Origin: a virus
Virus genome (UHGV): UHGV-0149281
Reading direction: 5' to 3' (one strand)
Length of the DNA: 37,393 nucleotides
Both the position numbers and the translations under genes were made by a program. Under the pieces are notes generated by a model. It was not told the origin of the DNA. It ran no database searches and worked only from the letters and a program-made list of their open reading frames with translations. This document shows positions 8,065-18,242 of this stretch, in pieces; positions within the stretch are counted from its first letter, which is position 1; every line of letters begins with the position of its first letter.

Positions 8065-8917
8065 TCTTGCAACCGTAACACATTTAAGGCCTTCACAACG
8101 GCCTGTGGAGCGTCGTGTGGCAGAAGTTGAAGATGGTTATACCCGTCTTGCAAATGCCCTGTATGAAGAGCTTATCGGCGCAGATTTAACGAAAAATCAG
8201 AGCAAGGTTGCCCACGCCATATGCCGTAAAACATACGGCTACGGTAAAAAGATGGATCGCATCTCTGATAGTCAGTTAGCTCAAATTACCAGGCTGCCAA
8301 GACAGAAGGTAAACAAGGCCAAGAATGAGCTTATCGCGATGAAGGTTATCCTTCGCGAAGGCCAGCAAATCGGTCCTAACAAGAACATCGAAGAATGGCA
8401 AATCGAAGGGTGTCACTACTCTGGTGATAATGTCACTGCATTGGTGACAAAAAGTGTCACCAAAACGGTGACAGCGCTGTCACCAAAACAGGGACACACA
8501 AAAGAAACTATTACAAAAGAAAAAAGAAATAATAAAAACACTATGTCCGAAAGTGTTCGGACGGAGTGTGAAAAATCACATGACCGTCACGAAGAAACCG
8601 ACAAGGCATTCGAGGAAATATTCTGGTGTGCAGGCATGCGGAAATCCGGGAAGAAAAACGCGGCTTCGGCATTCAGAACACAGTTCAGGGAATGGCGTAA
8701 AACTACAAGGGGTACGGCAAGCGAGTTTGCCACGATGCTGGCAGAAGACATCGCATGCAGGAATGGTAAGCAGTTCGGATTCGACAGGTTGTTACCATCG
8801 AGCTACCTGAACGGTCAACGCTGGAACGACGAGAAGCCAGAAACTATTCAACCACAATCCAAACCATCATCCGCAATCACCGTATCGAAAACTGGCTACG
8901 TGTTTTTCGACAGGTGA
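8057..8917 (+). CDS. O: replication initiator, lambda O-type
   Basis: N-terminal domain ([46 protein letters not shown]) parallels lambda O; iterons lie inside the gene. Confidence 0.85.
   Translation: MSNLATVTHLRPSQRPVERRVAEVEDGYTRLANALYEELIGADLTKNQSKVAHAICRKTYGYGKKMDRISDSQLAQITRLPRQKVNKAKNELIAMKVILREGQQIGPNKNIEEWQIEGCHYSGDNVTALVTKSVTKTVTALSPKQGHTKETITKEKRNNKNTMSESVRTECEKSHDRHEETDKAFEEIFWCAGMRKSGKKNAASAFRTQFREWRKTTRGTASEFATMLAEDIACRNGKQFGFDRLLPSSYLNGQRWNDEKPETIQPQSKPSSAITVSKTGYVFFDR
8410..8545. repeat. replication origin: four iterons plus AT-rich region inside O
   Basis: Four GTCAC-N6-GGTGA-type repeats at about 20-24 bp spacing (8411-8495), then an A-rich stretch (8496-8545), mirroring lambda ori architecture. 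Confidence 0.75.
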
Positions 8918-8920
8918 ACC

Positions 8921-9028
8921 ATGAAATCAAAAATCAAATCGCTACTGGTCGCTGGTTATAACCACGGCTGGTTAAGTATTTCGTTTGTCGATTTCTGGTT
9001 TAAAAATCTCAATCTGAGGGAATCATGA
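8921..9028 (+). CDS. small hypothetical ORF (35 aa)
   Basis: Stop overlaps the primase-helicase start (ATGA). Confidence 0.25.
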   Translation: MKSKIKSLLVAGYNHGWLSISFVDFWFKNLNLRES

Positions 9029-10905
9029 GGCCAAGTGAACTCAGCGACCTGCTTTGGGCGCAGGTTGACAGGGTGGCTCCGCACCTGTTGCCAAACGGCA
9101 AGAAAGAGGGGCATGAGTGGGTTGCCGGTAACGTCAACGGTGACAAGGGAAACAGCCTTAAGGTCAATCTTAGCGGCAAGAAAAAATGGGCTGATTTCGC
9201 TGAGGGAGACGGCGGTGACATGCTTGATTTGTGGATGGCATGTCGTGGAATTAACCTGCATCAGGCTATGCAGGAAGCGAAAGCATTTCTCGGTATCAAG
9301 GATGACGATCACCATTTCGATGCCAAACGTGAGAAGAAATTCTCCAGACCTGATCGCAAGAAAATAGCCCGCTACGTTACCAGAACAGAATCCCATCTTG
9401 AGTACCTGCAATCGCGTGGCATATCGCCAGAAGTCGTAAAGCGCTACGAGGTTGTCAGCGGCAAGGTGTGGAATGGAGAACGAGAACTTGATGCACTGGT
9501 GCTTCCGTACAAACGCGATGGTGAGTTGTTGCAGGTCAAGCGAATCAGCACTGAGCGCCCGGACGGGAAGAAAGTCATTATGGCAGAAGGTGATTGTGAA
9601 CCTTGTCTGTTCGGATGGCAGGCTCTGGACGCTGGCGTGAGGGCGGTTGTGCTTTGCGAAGGCGAAATTGATTGTATGAGCTATGCGCAATACGGCATCT
9701 CGGCGTTATCCGTGCCGTTTGGTGGAGGAAAAGGCGCTAAGCAACAGTGGATTGAGTTTGAGTATCACAACCTCGACAGGTTTGAGGAAATATTCATCTC
9801 GATGGACGTTGATGATGTTGGTCGTGAAGCCGCAAGGGAAATCGCAAGCCGACTCGGTGAACATCGTTGCCGTCTTGTTACTCTGCCGTACAAAGACATC
9901 AACGAATGCCTGATGAACGGTGTTACCGAGGATGAAATCTGGCAGTACATCGGCACGGCATCCTACTTCGACCCTGAAGAACTCTACAGCGCGCGAGAGT
10001 TTTACCAGGACACTATCAACGCTTTCTACGGCAAGCAGCAGTATCTGTTTAATCCACCGTGGGAATCTCTGGCATATAAATTCCAGTTCCGTGAGGCAGA
10101 GTTGACGCTGGTCAATGGTGTGAACGGTCACGGAAAAACGGAGGTTGTCGGGCATATGGCACTTGAGGCAATGCGTCAGGGTGTGAAGACGTGCATCGCG
10201 TCACTTGAGCTGAAGCCTGGTATTCTCCTTAAGCGCCTTACCCGTCAGGCGACGTGCTGCAAGATTCCGCCAGTGCTGGAAATTGACTCTGCATTTAAAT
10301 TTTATGACGAAAGACTTTGGGTGTTTGGCCTGACCGGAACGGCGAAAGCCGACAGGCTGATCGAAATATTCGACTACGCTCGCCGCCGATACGGGATCCA
10401 GTTATTCATCATCGACAGCCTGATGAAATGTGGCATAGGCGACGATGACTATAACGGGCAGAAGGCGTTTGTTGACTCGATTTGCGACTTCAAAAACAAA
10501 ACAAACTCCCACGTCATTCTCGTTACTCACTCGCGAAAAGGAGACAGCGAAGAAAAACCAACCGGGAAAATGGACGTAAAAGGCTCTGGAGCGATAACAG
10601 ACCTGACAGACAACCTTTTCATCATCTGGCGTAACAAGGCTCGCGAGAGAGCGTTACAGAGAGTTCAGAGTGGTGAAAAGATGTCAGAGAAGGACGAACA
10701 GCTACTGGCATCTCCGGCATCTGTTTTGATGCTTGAAAAACAACGTAACGGCGAAGGTTGGGAAGGTGGCGTCCCTTTGTTCCTTGACGAGCAATCGCAC
10801 CAGTTCCTGCAACTTGAATCAGGATCGCCTTATAGCTACATCGCCAATATGCCGAAATCGGAATATGACGAGGCGTGGCGACAGGAAAACGTGACGGAGT
10901 ATTAA
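9025..10905 (+). CDS. bifunctional primase-helicase (Toprim + DnaB-like ATPase, T7 gp4-like)
   Basis: Toprim signature VVLCEGEIDCMSY...ISMDVDDVGREAA...LPYKDINECLMNG aligns with T7 gp4; Walker A GVNGHGKT and helicase motifs in the C-terminal half. Confidence 0.85.
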   Translation: MRPSELSDLLWAQVDRVAPHLLPNGKKEGHEWVAGNVNGDKGNSLKVNLSGKKKWADFAEGDGGDMLDLWMACRGINLHQAMQEAKAFLGIKDDDHHFDAKREKKFSRPDRKKIARYVTRTESHLEYLQSRGISPEVVKRYEVVSGKVWNGERELDALVLPYKRDGELLQVKRISTERPDGKKVIMAEGDCEPCLFGWQALDAGVRAVVLCEGEIDCMSYAQYGISALSVPFGGGKGAKQQWIEFEYHNLDRFEEIFISMDVDDVGREAAREIASRLGEHRCRLVTLPYKDINECLMNGVTEDEIWQYIGTASYFDPEELYSAREFYQDTINAFYGKQQYLFNPPWESLAYKFQFREAELTLVNGVNGHGKTEVVGHMALEAMRQGVKTCIASLELKPGILLKRLTRQATCCKIPPVLEIDSAFKFYDERLWVFGLTGTAKADRLIEIFDYARRRYGIQLFIIDSLMKCGIGDDDYNGQKAFVDSICDFKNKTNSHVILVTHSRKGDSEEKPTGKMDVKGSGAITDLTDNLFIIWRNKARERALQRVQSGEKMSEKDEQLLASPASVLMLEKQRNGEGWEGGVPLFLDEQSHQFLQLESGSPYSYIANMPKSEYDEAWRQENVTEY

Positions 10906-10931
10906 ATGACCATCTACATCACTGAGCTAAT

Positions 10932-10962
10932 AACAGGGGCTATTTACACAGTAGCCCTTTTT
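10932..10962 (+). terminator. rho-independent terminator (tR2-like, entry to nin region)
   Basis: GGGCTA...TAGCCC hairpin followed by TTTTTTATT just after the primase-helicase stop. Confidence 0.5.
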
Positions 10963-10990
10963 TATTGGATTAAGAACGAGGGGGATCCTG

Positions 10991-11194
10991 ATGGACACCG
11001 TTAACGGAATGTGTTCAGACGCACCGCGTGCCAAAAAATGTAAATGCGGAAAATCACCGACAATATTCGACATGGAGAGCGGGTGCCAAATCTACTGTGC
11101 TAACCACGCCGCTGTGGCGGCCGCGAATTATCGCAGTGCAGTAACGGAGTGGAATAACCTGAAATCTGTTAGAGAGGGAAGTCATGAATCTTGA
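10991..11194 (+). CDS. small Cys-rich hypothetical protein (possible zinc ribbon)
   Basis: 67 aa with CKCG...C..YCANH cysteine pairs. Confidence 0.5.
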   Translation: MDTVNGMCSDAPRAKKCKCGKSPTIFDMESGCQIYCANHAAVAAANYRSAVTEWNNLKSVREGSHES

Positions 11195-11366
11195 CGAGCA
11201 AGATGCACAAACTATTAGCTCATACATAAGGGCATCAAGACCAGATTACAAAGGTCCGGTATTCGTAGATTTATCTCGCCTTGAGGAGATTTACATGTGG
11301 GAAGCAAAGCTACGTACGCATTTTTTTATTCGTAAGATGACTAGCAACATTACAAAACCAATGTAA
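11184..11366 (+). CDS. hypothetical protein (60 aa)
   Basis: ORF overlapping the upstream gene end, nin-region operon. Confidence 0.4.
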   Translation: MNLDEQDAQTISSYIRASRPDYKGPVFVDLSRLEEIYMWEAKLRTHFFIRKMTSNITKPM

Positions 11367-11380
11367 CTGGAGAGGTGAAT

Positions 11381-11599
11381 ATGAGCACACTCGCAGACCT
11401 TATTCATGCCGATATGGCGGAAGATGGAGCAAGGCGTAATAGGTACTGGAAATCATCAAGCCTTCCAGTTTGTGAAAGATTCAACCACAGGCCAAAACCA
11501 AAACGTAGCCGGCGAGACAAAGTGTTGAAAAAACTCATGCAAATTAACATGGCTGGTTTTGTCAGATTCGTGAGTGAAACGACTAACGGGGATTGATAT
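11381..11599 (+). CDS. hypothetical basic protein (72 aa)
   Basis: ATG 11381 with GGAGAGG RBS. Confidence 0.45.
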
Positions 11600-11951
11600 G
11601 GACGAATCAAGAAAGTCTTTCGAGCAATGGGCATCAAAGCAATTCAATATCTCAGTAGAGGAAATTGTTAATAAGCGAATGCTGGGTGATTACCTGCACA
11701 ACCCAGACTTACATAATGCATGGCAAGCATGGATAGATAGCAGGGCGGCAATAGAAATTGAGCTACCAAAGCCTCATGCACATCTTATATGGATTCAGGC
11801 TGGTCATGCGCCTGACGATTATTGGGATGATGTGGCGGTGTCATATAGCGAAAAGGATAAATGCTGCGACGGTTCAGACCGCTATCCTGTGCATGCTGGA
11901 TGGGAAATTGAAGAGGTTCTTCGCGCCGCTGGAATCAAAGTGAAGGAGTAA
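11598..11951 (+). CDS. hypothetical protein (117 aa)
   Basis: ATG 11598; operon context. Confidence 0.5.
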   Translation: MDESRKSFEQWASKQFNISVEEIVNKRMLGDYLHNPDLHNAWQAWIDSRAAIEIELPKPHAHLIWIQAGHAPDDYWDDVAVSYSEKDKCCDGSDRYPVHAGWEIEEVLRAAGIKVKE

Positions 11952-11953
11952 CG

Positions 11954-12364
11954 ATGAAGCAAACAATCTTCCTCCGAACTAAGCAACAACAGCAAGCCGC
12001 AATAAATGCCATCCTCGCAACACCACTCGATAAAGACAAGCCAATCACCATCCGCATTACTGACTACAAGCGCAACCTTGACCAGAACGCAAAATTTCAC
12101 GCGATGCTGTCGGATATCGCTCATCAGGTTCAATGGTGCGGCAAATGGTTAAAACCGGAACAATGGAAGGTTTTGTTGATCAGCGGTCATGCAGTGGCAA
12201 CAAAGCAGGAAGCTGATGTTTTGCCCGGGCTTGAAGGCGAATACGTCAACATTCGCGAAAGCAGCGCGCAGATGAGTGTGAAGCGTATGGCAAGTCTGAT
12301 TGAGTACACGACAGCCTGGGCTATTGGTCAGGGTGTCAGATTTACCGACAGGAGGTATGAATGA
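11954..12364 (+). CDS. ninB: NinB recombination protein
   Basis: AINAIL...DKPI...I.....R.LDQNAK.HAML.D...QV.W.GKWL..E.WK parallels lambda NinB; AAGGAG RBS. Confidence 0.85.
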   Translation: MKQTIFLRTKQQQQAAINAILATPLDKDKPITIRITDYKRNLDQNAKFHAMLSDIAHQVQWCGKWLKPEQWKVLLISGHAVATKQEADVLPGLEGEYVNIRESSAQMSVKRMASLIEYTTAWAIGQGVRFTDRRYE

Positions 12365-12543
12365 GGCGACAGCGACGAAGTTTCACCGACATCATCTGCG
12401 AAAACTGCAAATACCTTCCAACGAAACGCTCCAGAAATAAACGCAAGCCAATCCCAAAAGAATCTGACGTAAAAACCTTCAACTACACGGCTCACCTGTG
12501 GGATATCCTGTGGCTTAGAGAACGTGCGAGGAAAACAAGGTGA
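12361..12543 (+). CDS. ninE: NinE
   Basis: [49 protein letters not shown] matches lambda NinE. Confidence 0.85.
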   Translation: MRRQRRSFTDIICENCKYLPTKRSRNKRKPIPKESDVKTFNYTAHLWDILWLRERARKTR

Positions 12544-12710
12544 TTGACCCAAATCGAAGTTACGAACAAGAAAGCGTCGAGCGGGCTTTAACGTGCGCTA
12601 ACTGCGGTCAGAAGCTGCATGTGCTGGAAGTTCACGTGTGCTCCGATAGCTGCGCAGAACTGATGAGCGATCCGAATAGCTCAATGTACGAGGAAGAAGA
12701 CGATGAATGA
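12540..12710 (+). CDS. ninF: NinF
   Basis: GTG start; [33 protein letters not shown]...[10 protein letters not shown] matches lambda NinF. Confidence 0.8.
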   Translation: MIDPNRSYEQESVERALTCANCGQKLHVLEVHVCSDSCAELMSDPNSSMYEEEDDE

Positions 12711-12804
12711 GTTAATAAATGGCAATGCCATCAAAATGACAAGCATTGAAATCGCTGAGTTGGTGGGTAACGGAATGCTGAAAGTAACAGGGGAGGCTGC
12801 TTAA
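12703..12804 (+). CDS. small ORF (33 aa)
   Basis: Overlaps neighbours at both ends. Confidence 0.25.
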   Translation: MNELINGNAIKMTSIEIAELVGNGMLKVTGEAA

Positions 12805-13094
12805 TGGCCAATCTACGCAAAGAAGCACGCGGCAGAGAATGTCAGGTACGTATTTACGGCGTATGCAATGGCAATCCTGAAACTACAGTTCTGGCACATT
12901 ACCGGATGGCTGGAATTTGCGGAACGGGAATGAAGCCTGACGACCTGATCGGCGCATGGGCTTGTAGTGACTGCCACGCGGAGATCGACCGACGCACCCA
13001 TAATCTCGACAACAAAGACGCCAGACTTTACCACCTCGAAGGCGTGATCAGGACGCAGGCGATACTGCTGAAGGAGGGGAAGATTAAGTCATGA
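12804..13094 (+). CDS. DUF1364/YbcO-like putative nuclease with Cys/His cluster
   Basis: 96 aa; C..C....H...C..C.SDCH motifs; resembles YbcO-type prophage proteins from memory. Confidence 0.6.
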   Translation: MANLRKEARGRECQVRIYGVCNGNPETTVLAHYRMAGICGTGMKPDDLIGAWACSDCHAEIDRRTHNLDNKDARLYHLEGVIRTQAILLKEGKIKS

Positions 13095-13486
13095 AAACCT
13101 ACCGAATAAAATTGCCGTGGCCTCCTTCAAACAACCGATATTGGCGACACTCAAGAGGGATCCACTACATCAGCGACTGGGGGAAGAGATACCGAAAAGA
13201 AGTAATCGAAATAATCTAGCAACAACAGCTAGACATCAAAATCACACCTCGCATCAGAATAACCATCCACGCAGCACCTCCCGATAACCGCAAACGAGAT
13301 TTGGACAATCTGCCCAAAGCCGTTTTTGACGCACTCACCAGTGCGGGCTTCTGGCTGGATGACGGTCAGATAGACGATATGCGCATCAAGCGCTATCAGG
13401 CGATTAAAGGTGGAATGCTTGTGTTGGTTGTGACTGAAACATGCGGGAGTTTGCCAATGATTACAGAGCTACTGGAGGCCGCATGA
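13091..13486 (+). pseudogene. rusA: rusA Holliday-junction resolvase interrupted by an in-frame amber codon
   Basis: N-terminal [20 protein letters not shown] and C-terminal RKRDLDNLPKAVFDALTSAGFWLDDGQIDD both match RusA in one frame, separated by TAG at 13217-13219. Confidence 0.75.
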
Positions 13487-13653
13487 CGTTCTCAGTAAAA
13501 ACCATTCCAGACATGCTCGTTGAAGCATACGGAAACCAGACAGAAGTAGCACGCAGACTGAAATGTAGTCGCGGCACGGTAAGAAAATACGTTGATGATA
13601 AAGACGGGAAAATGCACGCCATCGTCAACGACGTTCTCATGGTTCATCGCTGA
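13483..13653 (+). CDS. ninH: NinH
   Basis: [56 protein letters not shown] matches lambda NinH. Confidence 0.85.
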   Translation: MTFSVKTIPDMLVEAYGNQTEVARRLKCSRGTVRKYVDDKDGKMHAIVNDVLMVHR

Positions 13654-13666
13654 TGGAGTGAAAGAG

Positions 13667-14332
13667 ATGCGCTATTACGAAAGAATTGATGGCAGCAAAT
13701 ACCGAAATATTTGGGTAGTTGGCGATCTGCACGGATGCTACACGAACCTGATGAAAAAACTGGAGACGATAGGATTCGACACCAAAAAAGACCTGCTTAT
13801 CTCGGTGGGCGATTTGGTTGATCGCGGTACAGAGAACGTCGAATGCCTGGAATTAATCACATTCCCCTGGTTCCGAGCTGTACGTGGAAACCATGAGCAA
13901 ATGATGATTGATGGCTTATCAGAGCGTGGAAACGTCAATCACTGGCTGCTTAATGGCGGTGGCTGGTTCTTTAATCTCGATTACGACAAAGAAATTCTGG
14001 CTAAAGCTCTTGCCCATAAAGCAGATGAACTTCCGTTAATCATTGAACTGGTGAGCAAAGGTAAAAAATATGTCATCTGCCACGCCGATTATCCTTGTGA
14101 CGAATACGAGTTTGGAAAGCCAGTTGATCATCAGCAGGTAATCTGGAACCGCGAACGAATCAGCAACTCACAAGACGGGATCGTAAAAGAAATCAAAGGA
14201 GCGGACACGTTCATCTTTGGTCATACGCCAGCAGTGAAACCACTCAAGTTTGCCAACCAGATGTATATCGATACCGGCGCAGTGTTCTGCGGAAACCTCA
14301 CATTGATTCAGGTACAGGGAGAAGGCGCATGA
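13667..14332 (+). CDS. ninI: NinI Ser/Thr protein phosphatase
   Basis: 221 aa; metallophosphatase motifs GDLHG, GDLVDRG, GNHE matching the lambda phosphatase. Confidence 0.9.
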   Translation: MRYYERIDGSKYRNIWVVGDLHGCYTNLMKKLETIGFDTKKDLLISVGDLVDRGTENVECLELITFPWFRAVRGNHEQMMIDGLSERGNVNHWLLNGGGWFFNLDYDKEILAKALAHKADELPLIIELVSKGKKYVICHADYPCDEYEFGKPVDHQQVIWNRERISNSQDGIVKEIKGADTFIFGHTPAVKPLKFANQMYIDTGAVFCGNLTLIQVQGEGA

Positions 14333-14952
14333 GACTCGAAAGCGTAGCTAAATTTCATTCGCCAAAAAGCCCGATGATGAGCGACTCACCACGGGCTACG
14401 GCTTCTGACTCTCTTTCCGGTACTGATGTGATGGCTGCAATGGGGATGGCGCAATCACAAGCCGGATTCGGAATGGCTGCATTCTGCGGTAAGCATGAAC
14501 TCAGCCAGAACGACAAACAAAAGGCTATCAACTATCTGATGCAATTTGCACACAAGGTATCGGGGAAATACCGTGGCGTGGCAAAGCTTGAAGGAAATAC
14601 TAAGGCAAAGGTACTGCAAGTGCTCGCAACATTCGCTTATGCGGATTATTGCCGTAGTGCCGCGACGCCGGGCGCAAGATGCAGAGATTGCCACGGTACA
14701 GGCCGTGCGGTTGATATAGCAAAAACAGAGCAGTGGGGGAGAGTTGTCGAGAAAGAGTGCGGAAGATGCAAAGGCGTCGGTTATTCAAGGATGCCAGCAA
14801 GCGCCGCATATCGCGCTGTAACGATGCTAATACCAAACCTTACCCAACCTACCTGGTCACGCACTGTTAAGCCGCTGTATGACGCTCTGGTTGTGCAATG
14901 CCACAAAGAAGAGTCAATCGCAGACAACATTTTGAATGCGGTCACACGTTAG
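14329..14952 (+). CDS. Q: late antiterminator Q
   Basis: 207 aa with the zinc-binding CRDCHGTG...CGRCKG region; matches lambda Q. Confidence 0.9.
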   Translation: MRLESVAKFHSPKSPMMSDSPRATASDSLSGTDVMAAMGMAQSQAGFGMAAFCGKHELSQNDKQKAINYLMQFAHKVSGKYRGVAKLEGNTKAKVLQVLATFAYADYCRSAATPGARCRDCHGTGRAVDIAKTEQWGRVVEKECGRCKGVGYSRMPASAAYRAVTMLIPNLTQPTWSRTVKPLYDALVVQCHKEESIADNILNAVTR

Positions 14953-14993
14953 CAGCATGATTGCCACGGATGGTAACATATTAACGGCATGAT

Positions 14994-15023
14994 ATTGACT
15001 TTTTGAATAAAGTTGGGTAAATT
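14994..15023 (+). promoter_or_regulatory. late promoter pR' (with qut region)
   Basis: TTGACT -35, 17-bp spacer, TAAATT -10, as in lambda pR'. Confidence 0.75.
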
Positions 15024-15057
15024 TGACCCAACGATGGATAAATGCACTCGTTAAATA

Positions 15058-15090
15058 AAGCCCTGAGTTAATAGCTCGGGGCTTTTTGCG
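15058..15090 (+). terminator. tR' terminator
   Basis: GCCCTGAG...CTCGGGGC hairpin followed by TTTTT. Confidence 0.65.
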
Positions 15091-15385
15091 TTTTAATCAC
15101 GACCTTTCTGAAAGCACATCAAACCAAATACCAGACAGACAAAAATAATCACCTTATCCGCTGTGGCTACGGTGCGGTGTGCTTTGCATAAAAGAAAACC
15201 AGCTCAATGGCTGGCTTCGTGAAAGCGGGTGGCAAGAAGTTGCGCTAACAACCTCCTGCCGTTTTGCCCGTGCATATCGGTCACGAACAAATCTGATTAC
15301 TAAACACAGTAGCCTGGATTTGTTCTATCAGTAATCGACCTTATTCCTAATTAAATAGAGCAAATCCCCTTATTGGGGGTAAGAC

Positions 15386-15709
15386 ATGAAGATGCCAGAA
15401 AAACATGACCTGTTAGCCGCCATTCTCGCGGCAAAGGAACAAGGCATCGGGGCAATCCTTGCGTTTGCAATGGCGTACCTTCGCGGCAGATATAATGGCG
15501 GTGCGTTTACAAAAACAGTAATCGACGCAACGATGTGCGCCATTATCGCCTGGTTCATTCGTGACCTTCTCGACTTCGCCGGACTAAGTAGCAATCTCGC
15601 TTATATAACGAGCGTGTTCATCGGCTACATCGGCACTGACTCGATTGGTTCGCTTATCAAACGCTTCGCTGCTAAAAAAGCCGGAGTAGAAGATGGTGGA
15701 AATCAATAA
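15386..15709 (+). CDS. S: holin S (class I, dual-start motif)
   Basis: [41 protein letters not shown] matches lambda S. Confidence 0.95.
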   Translation: MKMPEKHDLLAAILAAKEQGIGAILAFAMAYLRGRYNGGAFTKTVIDATMCAIIAWFIRDLLDFAGLSSNLAYITSVFIGYIGTDSIGSLIKRFAAKKAGVEDGGNQ

Positions 15710-16169
15710 TCAACGTAAGGCGTTCCTCGATATGCTGGCGTGGTCGGAGGGAACTGATAACGGACGGCAGAAAACCAGAAATCATGGTTATGACGTCATT
15801 GTAGGCGGAGAGCTATTCACTGATTACTCTGATCACCCTCGCAAACTTGTCACGCTAAACCCAAAACTCAAATCAACAGCCGCCGGGCGTTACCAGCTTC
15901 TTTCCCGTTGGTGGGATGCCTATCGTAAGCAGCTTGGCCTGAAAGACTTCTCTCCGAAAAGCCAGGACGCTGTGGCACTGCAACAGATTAAAGAGCGTGG
16001 CGCTTTACCGATGATTGACCGCGGTGATATTCGTCAGGCTATCGACCGTTGCAGCAATATCTGGGCTTCACTTCCGGGGGCTGGTTATGGTCAGTTCGAG
16101 CATAAGGCTGACAGCCTGATTGCAAAATTCAAAGAAGCTGGCGGAACGGTCAGAGAGATTGAGGTATGA
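15693..16169 (+). CDS. R: endolysin R (lytic transglycosylase)
   Basis: [51 protein letters not shown] matches lambda R. Confidence 0.95.
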   Translation: MVEINNQRKAFLDMLAWSEGTDNGRQKTRNHGYDVIVGGELFTDYSDHPRKLVTLNPKLKSTAAGRYQLLSRWWDAYRKQLGLKDFSPKSQDAVALQQIKERGALPMIDRGDIRQAIDRCSNIWASLPGAGYGQFEHKADSLIAKFKEAGGTVREIEV

Positions 16170-16603
16170 GCAGAGTAACCGCGATTATCTCCGCTCTGGT
16201 TATCTGCATCATCGTCTGCCTGTCGTGGGCGGTCAATCATTACCGGGATAACGCCATGACCTACAAAGAGCAGCGCGATAAGGCCGCATCCACAGTCGCT
16301 GACATGCAGAAGCGTCAACGTGATGTAGCAGAACTCGACGCCAGATACACAAAGGAGCTTGCTGATGCTAACGCGACTATCGAAAGTCTCCGTGCTGATG
16401 TTTCTGCTGGTCGTAAGCGCCTGCAAGTCGCCGCCACCTGTGCAAAGTCAACGACCGGAGCCAGCAGCATGGGCGATGGAGAAAGCCCAAGACTTACAGC
16501 AGATGCTGAACTCAATTATTACCGTCTCCGAAGTGGAATCGACAAGATAACCGCGCAGGTTAACTACCTGCAGGAGTACATCAGGACGCAATGCCTTCGA
16601 TGA
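16166..16603 (+). CDS. Rz: i-spanin Rz
   Basis: N-terminal TM ([30 protein letters not shown]) matches lambda Rz; the central region diverges (mosaic). Confidence 0.9.
   Translation: MSRVTAIISALVICIIVCLSWAVNHYRDNAMTYKEQRDKAASTVADMQKRQRDVAELDARYTKELADANATIESLRADVSAGRKRLQVAATCAKSTTGASSMGDGESPRLTADAELNYYRLRSGIDKITAQVNYLQEYIRTQCLR
16365..16550 (+). CDS. Rz1: o-spanin Rz1 lipoprotein embedded in Rz (+1 frame)
   Basis: Lipobox LLVVSAC followed by a proline-rich segment; AAGGAG RBS; entirely inside Rz. Confidence 0.8.
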   Translation: MLTRLSKVSVLMFLLVVSACKSPPPVQSQRPEPAAWAMEKAQDLQQMLNSIITVSEVESTR

Positions 16604-16779
16604 TAGCGATAATTTTACTCATCATCCTTCACATCTGGCTCTGTAGACAGGGTGGTGATCACTTCTGGAGTAAATCCAGATTAAACATCTCATTGCTGAT
16701 GCTTGATATTGAGCATCTGGCGCGCAGTAAGGGGCTGCGTTGAGATAAGAGCCAGTTCATTACAAATACCAGGATTTAG

Positions 16780-16802
16780 CCTCGCATTCGCGGGGTTTTT
16801 TA
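16780..16802 (+). terminator. rho-independent terminator after the lysis cassette
   Basis: RNA CCUCGC-AUUC-GCGGGG (one U-G wobble) followed by UUUUUUAUU. Confidence 0.55.
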
Positions 16803-16825
16803 TTCCCAACTCCATAGGTAATTTT

Positions 16826-17305
16826 ATGACCCAGCATATTGGCGTAAAACTGATTAACGCCTTTCCGATGACGAGACAGGCATATAACGATTTTCGTGGC
16901 TGGCAGCTTCCTGCCGGAGAAAACGGCGAGGACGAAGGCTATCTGGTTGAATATCTGGATGGCGGAAAACCTAACACCGATCGCTTTGATGGCTACGTTA
17001 GCTGGAGTCCAAAAGAAGTATTCGAAAAGGCTTATCGTCCGGTATCAGGGTTAAGTTTCGGCCTTGCCATGGAAGCGTTAAAACAGGGCAAAAGTTTGCA
17101 GCGGGCAGGATGGAATGGGAAAGACCAGTTTGTTTATCTCGTGAAAGGGGAAAAATTAGCGTCTGCGTTGGGTTATGGCTTTGGCGAATATGTTGGCGAG
17201 CCAACTTTCAATGACACGCTTGTATTGAAAAACTCACAGAACCGCCTTGCTACATGGGTTCCATCCATTGGCGACCTGATGGCTGAAGACTGGCAAATCA
17301 TTTAA
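16826..17305 (+). CDS. hypothetical protein with C-terminal DUF2829-like domain (possible Tad2-like nucleotide sponge)
   Basis: 159 aa from ATG 16826; motif FGLAMEALKQGKSLQRAGWNGKDQFVYL resembles the DUF2829 signature as I remember it; not verified. Confidence 0.6.
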   Translation: MTQHIGVKLINAFPMTRQAYNDFRGWQLPAGENGEDEGYLVEYLDGGKPNTDRFDGYVSWSPKEVFEKAYRPVSGLSFGLAMEALKQGKSLQRAGWNGKDQFVYLVKGEKLASALGYGFGEYVGEPTFNDTLVLKNSQNRLATWVPSIGDLMAEDWQII

Positions 17306-17608
17306 CCATGTAGGCATTACAAAGCCTATCTACGGGTGGGCTTGATAATGAAACCGGAGTTAATTTCTGGCCACTAATTAACGGCAGTACAGCGAAACAA
17401 CCCAAGCCAGTAAGTGGGGAAATAACACTGGCAGCCACTGAAAGATGAACCTCCAGCCTTATGGCAAAAAAGATTCTTTGTGGTGGCGGACTGATGGAAA
17501 GACATCGGTTATTGCAGAAACCATTCAATGAGTGGTCTCGACAATGGCTTATACCCTACACGGGATAACTTAACTGATATCCCTTTTAACGGATAAACGG
17601 AGCCAACA

Positions 17609-17851
17609 ATGGCAGAGATTATTCCCATGACTGAAGAACAGAAATTCCAGTTAGAGATTTACAAACTGGTCATGAACCAGAACGCAGCAGCAGAAGAAGC
17701 ATTTCAGTTCATTGGTACTGACGAGCTGAAGCTTGAGCTATTTAAAATTCACTTCCAGTCAGGCGGCGCTAATTCAGATATCACGACCCGTACTATCGAA
17801 GCGGTGCGTAAATCGAAGGAGGCGTTAGACCTGTTCACCGCTGGAGTGTGA
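17609..17851 (+). CDS. hypothetical acidic protein (80 aa)
   Basis: ATG 17609 with GGAG RBS; stop abuts the next gene start. Confidence 0.55.
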   Translation: MAEIIPMTEEQKFQLEIYKLVMNQNAAAEEAFQFIGTDELKLELFKIHFQSGGANSDITTRTIEAVRKSKEALDLFTAGV

Positions 17852-17852
17852 T

Positions 17853-18242
17853 ATGGCTAAGGCCAAATGGCACAAACTCCCGGCGTTCACCATTCCGCTG
17901 TTTCAAAGTGCACACGTCTACCTCGCAACAACCAGAGAACAGTTTCAGCACGCTGATAAATTCCTTGGCGGCAGCGGGGATGAGAAGCCATTCAATCTTG
18001 GGCTTGCAAGCAACTATGAAAACACTGATACGGGTGAGCGATGCTATCTGATTGGAGTATTCGATCAGCAGATCGCTACGCTCGTTCATGAGTGCGCCCA
18101 CGTCTGCTTTTACGTTTGCTCTGATGTCGGCGTGACGACAAGGCCTGAAGATGCCAACGAGACGTACTGTTACATGCTGGACAGGATGGTTAATCACTTC
18201 CTGCCATTCATTCAGGAGAAACAAGATGTATCACTGGAATAA
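17853..18242 (+). CDS. hypothetical protein with HExxH motif (putative zinc metallopeptidase)
   Basis: 129 aa; LVHECAHVCF contains HExxH within a predicted helix, with additional downstream Glu/Asp/His. Confidence 0.6.
   Translation: MAKAKWHKLPAFTIPLFQSAHVYLATTREQFQHADKFLGGSGDEKPFNLGLASNYENTDTGERCYLIGVFDQQIATLVHECAHVCFYVCSDVGVTTRPEDANETYCYMLDRMVNHFLPFIQEKQDVSLE

Noticed and set aside
9706-10155. 149-aa antisense ORF inside the primase-helicase gene
   Set aside because: Lies wholly within a well-supported coding region on the opposite strand; no RBS; typical spurious antisense frame
16600-16744. 47-aa hydrophobic ORF overlapping the Rz stop
   Set aside because: Very short with no RBS evidence; could be a small membrane peptide but support is insufficient to call it
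16703-17305. 200-aa form of the post-lysis ORF with a non-ATG start
   Set aside because: The N-terminal extension reads through an intrinsic terminator hairpin and T-run (16780-16802); the first ATG at 16826 is used instead
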